From positions 30,492 to 94,491 of the forward strand of contig CAWCNJ010000009.1 of NCBI GenBank assembly GCA_963796955.1: DNA of 64,000 nt, written 5' to 3'. Positions 56,340 through 64,000 of the stretch are shown here, one piece after another. The DNA comes from Endomicrobiales bacterium (GTDB taxonomy: Bacteria > Elusimicrobiota > Endomicrobiia > Endomicrobiales > JALOBY01). The notes below the pieces were generated by a model. The model saw nothing but the letters and a program-made list of their open reading frames with translations. It was not told where the DNA came from and did no database searches. Each line of letters begins with the position of its first letter. The first letter of the stretch is position 1. The translations under genes were made by a program, and so were the position numbers.

Positions 56340-57724
56340 TGGAAATTAACGAGATCAAGAAACAGGCGCTCAAAGAGATCCTGCAAACCATCGTTGTTCC
56401 GGTGGCAGCCTGGCTTGCGTTTTTCGCCCTGGTATACAATCTCATCAAATCCCCTATCCCGAGAGAATTAATATTCCCTCTCAGCGGTCCCGTGATGCTG
56501 GTGTTGTATTATTTCTCGGGTCCCATTCAGAGCGGTATTTATCTGGGCTTCCTTACGGTCGTCGGTTTGGGCGGCATTCTGCTGGCCGCCGACGGCGGCA
56601 TGCGCTGGGTCTTTTTGTTCGAGACCATCTGGCTGTGGGCCTTCTTCCTGATGATAGAACTATATCAGCAAAACTACATCGCCGAAAGAAACCACCGTAA
56701 AGAGGAAGAGGAAGTTTCTGAAACGCGCCTTGCCCTGCTCGGCAGCACCATTGAATCCACGCAAAAACGCCGTGACAGCCTGATACAGCGCATATCGAAT
56801 TATCAGCTGCTCGGGCGCATAGTCCAGATAGCGGGTTCCACGATACACGAAGAGCGGATCCTGCCCATGATCGTGCGTCTGGCCGCGAAATTCATAGCGC
56901 GCGGCACCTGGGACGTAAAGCTGGACGATACCGATAACGCCTTTGTCGAATATGTGAAGAACAACAAGGTGCCGTTGATCATAGAGAACCTTTCCACCGA
57001 CAACCGCTTTTACTCGAAGCGGGCGCGTTTCTCTTCCATGATCGCCGTGCCCGTTGAGGTAAACGGGGAATTCCACGGTATCATAAAAGGTATCTCTTCC
57101 CGTACCGATGAATTCGATGAAGGCGACCTGCGGTTGTTATCCGTGCTGGGGGGCCTTGCCAGCATCTCTTTGACCAATGCCCGGCTGTACCAGCGCTTGC
57201 AGGAACTGTCCATAACGGACGGCCTTACCGGCCTGTACGTGCAGCGGTATTTCAAAGAACGATTAAGCGAAGAATTGCAGCGTTCAAAAAGCCATAACCT
57301 CGCGCTCTCAGTGGCATTGATAGATGTCGACCATTTTAAGAAGTTTAACGACAACTACGGTCACAGTTCCGGCGATGCCGTTTTGCGGCAAGTAGCCCAC
57401 CTGCTGCGCCGCCGTCTCAGGGAGACCGACTTTCTGTGCCGTTACGGCGGCGAGGAGTTCTCCTTGATCATGCTGCAGACGTGCGGCCAGGAAGCCGGGG
57501 TGATCTGCGAAGAGATACGGAAAAGCATAGAGAGCGAACGCTTCTACCTGCCGATAGAAAGTTTTCAACCGGTCTGCGCGCGCCTGGCTGTCAGCATCGG
57601 TATCGCGGAATTTTCAAGGGCGGATCAGACGGAAAATGAATTGATAGAGCTTGCCGATGCGGCGCTCTACCGTGCCAAGAAGAACGGCCGCAATTGCGTC
57701 GTGCTGGAGCAACAAAAGCAATGA
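56339..57724 (+). CDS. Membrane-anchored GAF-GGDEF diguanylate cyclase
   Basis: About 4 TM helices; GAF-like middle; DGLTGLYVQRYF...ALIDVDHFKKFNDNYGHSSGD...RYGGEEF...AKKNGRN. Confidence 0.85.
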   Translation: MEINEIKKQALKEILQTIVVPVAAWLAFFALVYNLIKSPIPRELIFPLSGPVMLVLYYFSGPIQSGIYLGFLTVVGLGGILLAADGGMRWVFLFETIWLWAFFLMIELYQQNYIAERNHRKEEEEVSETRLALLGSTIESTQKRRDSLIQRISNYQLLGRIVQIAGSTIHEERILPMIVRLAAKFIARGTWDVKLDDTDNAFVEYVKNNKVPLIIENLSTDNRFYSKRARFSSMIAVPVEVNGEFHGIIKGISSRTDEFDEGDLRLLSVLGGLASISLTNARLYQRLQELSITDGLTGLYVQRYFKERLSEELQRSKSHNLALSVALIDVDHFKKFNDNYGHSSGDAVLRQVAHLLRRRLRETDFLCRYGGEEFSLIMLQTCGQEAGVICEEIRKSIESERFYLPIESFQPVCARLAVSIGIAEFSRADQTENELIELADAALYRAKKNGRNCVVLEQQKQ

Positions 57725-59100
57725 TCAATATCTTCGAACTTAGTTTTCTAAAAGACCGCGGGAGATCGGCTGTGCTGCTTGCCGGCTTGCTCGCTGCCTT
57801 CTTGTGCCTGTATTTTTCCGTTTTTACCGGGTCCATGCGGGAGATCGCGCTCTATTTTCTTATGCTGATCGGCCTTTTCTTCGGCTTTAACTGGCCGGAA
57901 ACCTCTCTGGTAACCAATGGTATGGGGGCCTTGCTATTAGTAACAACGGTGCATCCGTTGGTTGCGATCCCGGTACTGTCCCAGCTGACGCTGTTCGTTA
58001 TCTCCATTATGGTGCCTTTTTACTTCGACCGGATACTGCGCCTGGAAAGGGCCAGTTACCTGCACCATTGCCAGCCCCTCAGGGAACAGGAGGCCGCCCT
58101 TACCCTAAAGTGCGCCACCTTTGAACAGGAAAGGCAGGACCTGGAAACCGATATCGAACGGATCAATCAGATATATGTTCTCGGCAGGGAACTGGTGGAG
58201 CACACAGAAACTAGTTCAGTAATAGACAATCTCCAGCGCGTGCTTCTCGGCCGGCCCGGTATGAGGGCGGTCGCTATTTACCTGCGCGAGAACGACGCCT
58301 GGGTTTGCGCTTACTGTTCACGTAAAGAAGAGCAGCGCAGATGGCTGGACTACCTGCAGGTGAAAAAATCCGTTAACAGGGAACACCGTTTCCATATTAT
58401 CCCGACCAACGATCCCGAGAATGGGGAAAAGATCATTTACTGGCCTGTCTGGCTGGAAAAGCAGCTGCTGGCCGTTATCATACTCACCGCAGAAAATTCC
58501 GTCGCCGAGAGGTACCGCGACGAAGGGGAAATATTCATTCCGCAAATAGCGCTGGGACTGCGCCGGACCAAACTGTTCGCCGAGGTTCAAGAGCGGTCCC
58601 GCAACGACGGCCTTACCGGCCTGTACCTGCGCCGCTATTTCCTTGAACGCCTGCTTTCAGAAATTCAGCGTTCGAAACGCTATAGCACGGGTTTTGCCCT
58701 TATGATGGCCGATATCGACCTCTTTAAGCAGGTAAACGATACCTACGGGCATCTTGCCGGTGATGATGTGCTCAAGGGGCTCGCGGCAGTCTTAAAAGAA
58801 CGCGTGCGGCCCGGCGATCTGATCTGCCGTTACGGCGGTGAGGAATTTGTTATCCTTACGCCCATTCCCGACACCGAGGAAGTAATGCGCTCGGCGGAGG
58901 CCCTGCGCAGCGCCGTTGAGAACGCAACGTTCGTCAGCAGCGCGCATACGCTGCACATAACCATCAGCCTGGGTGTCGCGCACTACCCGCAAAACGGCAC
59001 GTCACCCGAAGACCTGCTTTCTTCGGTAGACAAAGCCATGTACTACAGCAAAACCCACGGCCGCAACCAGGTAACGAACTTCCGCGACATCGGCACCTGA
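57721..59100 (+). CDS. Membrane-anchored GAF-like-GGDEF diguanylate cyclase (tandem paralogue)
   Basis: ATGA overlap with the upstream cyclase. TM helices; DGLTGLYLRRYF...MADIDLFKQVNDTYGHLAGD...RYGGEEF...SKTHGRN. Confidence 0.85.
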   Translation: MINIFELSFLKDRGRSAVLLAGLLAAFLCLYFSVFTGSMREIALYFLMLIGLFFGFNWPETSLVTNGMGALLLVTTVHPLVAIPVLSQLTLFVISIMVPFYFDRILRLERASYLHHCQPLREQEAALTLKCATFEQERQDLETDIERINQIYVLGRELVEHTETSSVIDNLQRVLLGRPGMRAVAIYLRENDAWVCAYCSRKEEQRRWLDYLQVKKSVNREHRFHIIPTNDPENGEKIIYWPVWLEKQLLAVIILTAENSVAERYRDEGEIFIPQIALGLRRTKLFAEVQERSRNDGLTGLYLRRYFLERLLSEIQRSKRYSTGFALMMADIDLFKQVNDTYGHLAGDDVLKGLAAVLKERVRPGDLICRYGGEEFVILTPIPDTEEVMRSAEALRSAVENATFVSSAHTLHITISLGVAHYPQNGTSPEDLLSSVDKAMYYSKTHGRNQVTNFRDIGT

Positions 59101-59110
59101 CGATATAGAT

Positions 59111-59149
59111 TTCACAATTTATTCACAAATATACCTATCAAAGTTCACC
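59111..59149 (+). promoter_or_regulatory. Helically phased TTCAC(A/C) direct repeats (PHO-box / OmpR-family-like) upstream of the giant ORF
   Basis: TTCACAA at 59111, TTCACAA at 59122 (11-bp phase, 5-nt spacer between hexamers), GTTCACC at 59143-59149 (22 bp further on). AT-rich TATATA-type elements follow. Confidence 0.3.
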
Positions 59150-59200
59150 GAATTCCAGTACTATTATATAGATACTATATATTACGAACTGGAATAAATA

Positions 59201-62200
59201 ATGTTCCAAAACAACCTTTATATTAAAACGGTGGCGCGGATCGTATTGGCGGCCTTCCTGTATTCCTTCGTTGCATTTGAACCCTTGTACGGTTTAAGCG
59301 CGATAGGCAAGGATGTTCAGGCCGATGCAACCGCACGCGCGGTGGTGGACGGGCAGCTTGCCAAACTGGTGCTTTCCGCCCGGCAGGGCCGCATATCCGA
59401 AGGCGCGTACTGTGGTAACAAGCGGCTGGTCATATTTGTCCAGGACCTTCACTGCAATCCGGAAGTGCAAAGGAACATCAGCGACATACTCTCGTTCTTC
59501 GACACTAAATACGGCCTTAAAAATATATTCGTTGAAGGTTCACCGGAAGGCAAAACCGACCTCTCCTTGTTCACCGGTATCGCCGATCCTGCCATTAAGG
59601 AAAGAACGCTTGAATCACTTCTCAAAGAAGGGCTCCTCAGCGGGGCCATCTATTACGGCGCCAAGAACAATAAAGAAAACGTCTGCGGCCTGGAACAATG
59701 GGGTTTGTACAAAGAAAACGCGGCCCGCATGGCCAGGTTGTTGTCCGCCAAATCCGCATCATCTCTGGAGTGCGCGAAGATCAACGCGATGCTGGATGAA
59801 ACGATGGGCCTGCGCTGCTCGGGCAGCCTGAGAACGGCGGACTACAACTATCGGCAGGCTGAAAAAAGTAAAGACAGATACGAACTGCTTGCCCGGACGG
59901 CCAGGAACAATGATATATCGTTACTGCAATTTCCCAACCTTCGCAGGCAGGTAAATGTAAGCGCCGTCGGCGGGCGGATAAAATTCAGGAAACTTCCCGC
60001 AGATCTGCAGGCATTCCTGAAAGGTATCCAGGAAAAAACGCCCTACGGTGTTTACAAAACCCTGGCCGATAAACTCTCCGACGATAGCCGTGACGGCGAG
60101 TTTTACCTGAACCTGCAGGAAGTCGCCTACACCTACGCGCCGGCCCTCCTGCGCCAAGGCTCCGGCGGGCAAGCCGGTAATGTAGCGAACTTCCTTGAAT
60201 ATGTGCGGCTGAATTATTCGGTAAACCCCATGAGCCTGGTCGATGAGGAGGGACGCTTCAAACTGGCCGTACTGAACCATAACGCCCGGACGCTGATAGA
60301 CCGCGAACTGGTTTTTATGCAGGCTATGACGGAGAAATTGAACGGTTTCGTGACCCTCGGCATGACGCCCGCTGATTACGCCTGGTTCAGGGAACACGCG
60401 GAAGAATACAAGGTTACATTAATGAAGTATTACGGCGCCGCACGCACCGCGGAAGTACGCAGGATATTGTCCGATAAAGAATTGTACGCGTACTACGATA
60501 TAAACCTTGAGCGTAACGATGTCTTCGCCAAAAACCTGATCGGCGACGGACGTGAAGTGCCCGCCGATGAGATGAATTCCCAGATATTGAATCTTAAGAC
60601 CGTAAGCGAATACACCGAGGTGATAAAACACCTTGCGGAATTCACCCGCATAGACGCCGTCGTAACGGGCGGTTTCCATGTAGAGACCGCCAAAGCCCTG
60701 AAAGCCCGCTGTATATCGTATCTTACCGTCACCCCCAACATAACAAAAAAGGCAACCGGCGACCTCTACGAGCGCATGATGTCCGACCGGCTGACGATGA
60801 AAGATTTCGCGACCTCTTCGCTGTCGCCGAAGTGTATCGACCCGGCGCAGGTTATCGCACTGGGCGACGTAGCCACGAAGTTCGGCCTGGACCCGGTGGC
60901 GTTCACGAATGTGCTTGCGAGAGCGGCAAACGGTGTGCGCGACGAGAACGGGGAAGGGCAGATTGTGATCAGCAAAGACCCGAATAACCAGTATGTTATC
61001 GCCCAGCTGAGGCAGGCCAACGGCAAGGTAAAGACCGTAACCTATATCTTCAGCGATGGAAAGTTCATTAAAGCCACTGCCGCCGGCTGGGATGATGAAG
61101 CCCCGGCAATTGACTCAACACCTTCGGCTGATTCCCTGACAACAGAAGGCACGATCGATCGCGCTTTAAAGGAAAGCTGGATACTGCGGTTCTTTAATAA
61201 GGCTTTCGGGCCGTTGGGCTATGCGGCCGTCAGGGTTTTTATCTCAATTAACCGTGCGCCGGTATGGGAACTGGAAGATATCGCGCTTGCGATCACCGAT
61301 CTTGCGTTGAATCCCGGCGAGCATGATCACATTATCTACGACACATTCATGGAAGCCCATAAGGGTGGCGCGACGACAAAGCGCATTGAAATGATGAAGA
61401 AGATGGCGGACCAGTGCGTTCAATGGAGCCTGGACCACGATGGCGTAAAAGTACTGGTTGATCATGTCTTGCTGTTAGCCCTGCACGAACAATATAACCG
61501 CGAACATAAGTGGAGCAACTTCTGGAAATTATTAGTCAGTAAAACATCCGATGCACTGACCACAGGCGATAAATCGCCAACTGAGATGCAATTTGACAAT
61601 TACGTAAGGGAAGGTAAAATACTCACCACCTTGGCTGACAGGGTCGGGGTTGAGAATCCTTACGTCGGAGGCAATTTCAGTATCCAGTGGGTAATGAAGA
61701 CCGATCCTGCCTATAAGAGGAGAGCGGTGGAGCTTGTTGATCGTAAAGAGGTGTCAAAAAGGCTTCATGCGCGGATGTACGGCGATGACCCGTCGAAACG
61801 TATTCAAATTGTGCCGGCTGCGCCTGTTTCAGGTGAAACACGTAAAGAAAAAATCCCGCGTCTGGTTGTTGGCAAAACTGAAACATTATTTGATAAAGAA
61901 TCCTTTGTTATCGGCAGCAATCCCAACGCTGTTGATCTTCTTGTCGATGATCGGCTTGCTTCCAGAAGCCATGCCAGAGTGTCGGTCAAAGACGGTAAAT
62001 ATTATCTGGAGGATCTTGGGAGCACGAACGGAACATACCTAAACGGTAGCAAGCTGAAAGGCAGGCAACAGCTTAAAAACGGTGATCTTATTGAAGTGGG
62101 AAAGACGTCTATAAAATTTGAAATCCCCAGGTTCAAGATCGGCGCTGAAACCTGGGTTGGTCCTGACGGGCGGAACCATGGGTATAGAATAGACGGCGGA

Positions 62201-64000
62201 GAGGATGCCGGAAGATCGAACTCGCGCGAAAAGCTGGTCGCCGATTTTGACAACGATAAGCCGCTCAGAGATGCTTACGAAAAGATAAAAACGGAATTTG
62301 AGCTGTCGCGCGCAGGATCACAACTCTCTCCCAGCGAACAAAAGATGGTTTTGATCAAAATGGTGTATGATTCCATCTCCAAGATAATGTATGACGGCGG
62401 TTGGGCCGACAGAATGGTAGAGATGGCAAAGTTAGAACCCAACAAAACTTTCCTTCTTGGGCCGAATGTCATAGTCCCGAACAGAGGCGTGTGCAGGCAT
62501 ATGGGGCTTTTGTGCGCCGCTGTTATAGAACGGCTTATAAAAGAAGGGATAGAGGCCGGTGACGAGGGTTACCCGAAAGGCGCCGTTTATTACGTTCGCG
62601 ACTCGAAAGAAGGGGTTGAGAACGGGCCAGGGCATGGCTGGGCTGTTTACCGTATGACCAGCGGTGAGCTTGTGGTGCTGGACGTGGCCCAGCGTAATTT
62701 CGGGCTTATGGGCGATGAACGCAACGGCATGAAGTTCGAAGGTCCACAAGGAAAAAAATACTCGTACGGGTCTTACCTGCCCGACGGAATAAAGGGAATG
62801 GAAGTGACACCGGCGCCGATCCCCACGGTTGCTTTCAACGGAATACCAGCGCAGTTCAATCAATTGGTCAACCCCGGACCCCGCGCTGCGCGGGAAATAC
62901 CGATAGCAGCAGTTGAGCAGATAGATGATCAATATGCCAAAGAGCTTGAGGCGGAGGTGAACAAGGCGGCTGCAAAGGGATTGCCGGAACTAACGGCGCT
63001 GGTGGAGGAAAATCTTCATGCATTCGAATACACCACGGGAACATTCAAAAGATTAATTGAGGGAATTAAAACCGGTAAGTACCAAATGTTACATATAACG
63101 AAGAAGTTCGGGCTGAGGTTTGCCGTGGCGCAAGCGATCGGATATAGATCCACACCTGAACGGGGCGTTACGCCACAGCCCGTTGCCCAGCCAGAGAATC
63201 CGGCTCTTCAAGCAATTGGCGCGGTTCAAGCCCCGGACCGGCAAAAAATTACACCGGTCGTAAGATCGAGAGGGTTTTTCGAGACTTTTGCCAAATCAGC
63301 CGCGACGGTAAGATTGGCGTTGGCAGGCATGCTGACTGGGTGGCTTACCCTTACGGGTGCCGGGGTGCTCGTTGCTTCGTTAGTTTTCAGCCTTGCATTC
63401 CCGGCGATCGCGGCTGCAAGCCTGGTTGCCGTGTCGGCGAGCATCGCGCTCACGATCCGGTTTGGAACAATGCAAGCGCAGCAGTATAAAATACTGCGTT
63501 CGCTCGGCACACCGGGTATTCCCCGCGGTCCTACAAATGATGTGAACGCCGCTTTAAAAGCCATACATACCATTATGGCTATGTACCCCGCGCTGCAATT
63601 GAATTTCGAAATAACCAACTGTTTTGACCTTCCTCCAGAAATACTTGCCCAACTTCCGCTCAATGTTAAATTAACTCCGGATACGAAATTAGATGATACC
63701 GAAGTTGCCGTCCCCGGTAAAAATAATACCATCCAGATTAACGCCGATGCGATGAAACGGCTTGCCGCTCTCGGTGATAGGGCCGAGGTGTGGGCTCTGG
63801 ACCCGGTGTCAGTTCTTGATCACGAAGTGCGCCATTATGAATTCAGGAACAGATGGCCTCGTATCTCAAAACTACCTTTCATTGAAGAGATCGCTGTTAC
63901 CATGAAGGACCACGTCATAGCCCACCAGAAAACCGTTCAAGCTGCGGCGCGCCCGCTTATTAACGCCGAACGTCCGGTCGTTGCGCCCCGGGCCGACCGG
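59201..64000 (+). CDS. Giant multidomain membrane protein (at least 1600 aa; 3' end beyond the window) with an FHA domain, a Cys-His-Asp transglutaminase/papain-like domain, a TM hairpin and an HExxH motif
   Basis: Frame 2 is open from ATG 59201 to position 64000; I checked it codon by codon over most of its length. It is absent from the track because it has no in-window stop. See findings for motifs and coordinates. Confidence 0.8.
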   Translation, partial: MFQNNLYIKTVARIVLAAFLYSFVAFEPLYGLSAIGKDVQADATARAVVDGQLAKLVLSARQGRISEGAYCGNKRLVIFVQDLHCNPEVQRNISDILSFFDTKYGLKNIFVEGSPEGKTDLSLFTGIADPAIKERTLESLLKEGLLSGAIYYGAKNNKENVCGLEQWGLYKENAARMARLLSAKSASSLECAKINAMLDETMGLRCSGSLRTADYNYRQAEKSKDRYELLARTARNNDISLLQFPNLRRQVNVSAVGGRIKFRKLPADLQAFLKGIQEKTPYGVYKTLADKLSDDSRDGEFYLNLQEVAYTYAPALLRQGSGGQAGNVANFLEYVRLNYSVNPMSLVDEEGRFKLAVLNHNARTLIDRELVFMQAMTEKLNGFVTLGMTPADYAWFREHAEEYKVTLMKYYGAARTAEVRRILSDKELYAYYDINLERNDVFAKNLIGDGREVPADEMNSQILNLKTVSEYTEVIKHLAEFTRIDAVVTGGFHVETAKALKARCISYLTVTPNITKKATGDLYERMMSDRLTMKDFATSSLSPKCIDPAQVIALGDVATKFGLDPVAFTNVLARAANGVRDENGEGQIVISKDPNNQYVIAQLRQANGKVKTVTYIFSDGKFIKATAAGWDDEAPAIDSTPSADSLTTEGTIDRALKESWILRFFNKAFGPLGYAAVRVFISINRAPVWELEDIALAITDLALNPGEHDHIIYDTFMEAHKGGATTKRIEMMKKMADQCVQWSLDHDGVKVLVDHVLLLALHEQYNREHKWSNFWKLLVSKTSDALTTGDKSPTEMQFDNYVREGKILTTLADRVGVENPYVGGNFSIQWVMKTDPAYKRRAVELVDRKEVSKRLHARMYGDDPSKRIQIVPAAPVSGETRKEKIPRLVVGKTETLFDKESFVIGSNPNAVDLLVDDRLASRSHARVSVKDGKYYLEDLGSTNGTYLNGSKLKGRQQLKNGDLIEVGKTSIKFEIPRFKIGAETWVGPDGRNHGYRIDGGEDAGRSNSREKLVADFDNDKPLRDAYEKIKTEFELSRAGSQLSPSEQKMVLIKMVYDSISKIMYDGGWADRMVEMAKLEPNKTFLLGPNVIVPNRGVCRHMGLLCAAVIERLIKEGIEAGDEGYPKGAVYYVRDSKEGVENGPGHGWAVYRMTSGELVVLDVAQRNFGLMGDERNGMKFEGPQGKKYSYGSYLPDGIKGMEVTPAPIPTVAFNGIPAQFNQLVNPGPRAAREIPIAAVEQIDDQYAKELEAEVNKAAAKGLPELTALVEENLHAFEYTTGTFKRLIEGIKTGKYQMLHITKKFGLRFAVAQAIGYRSTPERGVTPQPVAQPENPALQAIGAVQAPDRQKITPVVRSRGFFETFAKSAATVRLALAGMLTGWLTLTGAGVLVASLVFSLAFPAIAAASLVAVSASIALTIRFGTMQAQQYKILRSLGTPGIPRGPTNDVNAALKAIHTIMAMYPALQLNFEITNCFDLPPEILAQLPLNVKLTPDTKLDDTEVAVPGKNNTIQINADAMKRLAALGDRAEVWALDPVSVLDHEVRHYEFRNRWPRISKLPFIEEIAVTMKDHVIAHQKTVQAAARPLINAERPVVAPRADR

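Noticed and set aside
59313-59831. 172-aa + strand ORF (and 61734..62042)
   Set aside because: Alternative frames inside the giant ORF. The frame starting at 59201 is continuously open for 4.8 kb and contains the FHA and catalytic motifs.

Overview
64-kb chromosomal segment of a diderm (Gram-negative-type) bacterium. It carries about 60 tightly packed protein genes, mostly on the + strand, with many 1-11 nt start/stop overlaps. I recognised no rRNA, tRNA or CRISPR array by eye. All family calls come from motif recognition in the translations, not from database searches.

Gene content, left to right:
- Partial ArnT/PMT-like glycosyltransferase running off the left edge.
- Pterin/folate cluster: FAD oxidoreductase, pteridine-reductase-like SDR, folB, a divergent folK, folE, PCD.
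- DUF2062/TIGR03546-like plus AsmA/TIGR03545-like gene pair; AMMECR1, CDF transporter, fatty-acid hydroxylase.
- Two-component block (hybrid HK, REC-AraC, PAS-HK, three stand-alone receivers). It runs without a break into two small Cys-rich ORFs, a B12-type radical SAM gene translationally coupled to a type III PKS, a Met/His-rich membrane protein and a PilZ protein.
- AT-rich DUF3800 islet.
- rsmD, Cas4-like nuclease, argB-argD-argG-argH, TolC-like OMP, patatin, TPR protein.
- Minus-strand double-FHA / PP2C / CHASE2-Ser/Thr-kinase operon.
- DapL-variant lysine operon: lysA-dapF-dapA, an AT-rich insertion (nucleotidyltransferase module plus RAYT remnant), dapB, FAH-family gene, membrane protein, dapL.
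- folK-panB-panC, OMP, VWA lipoprotein, nadB.
- HK plus triple-REC GGDEF regulator; uvrA; pal-cpoB-tolA-tolB.
- Signal-peptide tandem-SpoVG protein, two GAF-GGDEF cyclases, and an open-ended ORF of at least 1600 aa with FHA, Cys-His-Asp and HExxH motifs.

At least seven conserved genes are broken by single-base indels, mostly in short mononucleotide runs. I read these as consensus/assembly errors rather than decay.

Most interesting: the radical SAM / type III PKS block with its Cys-rich ORFs, and the giant multidomain ORF.
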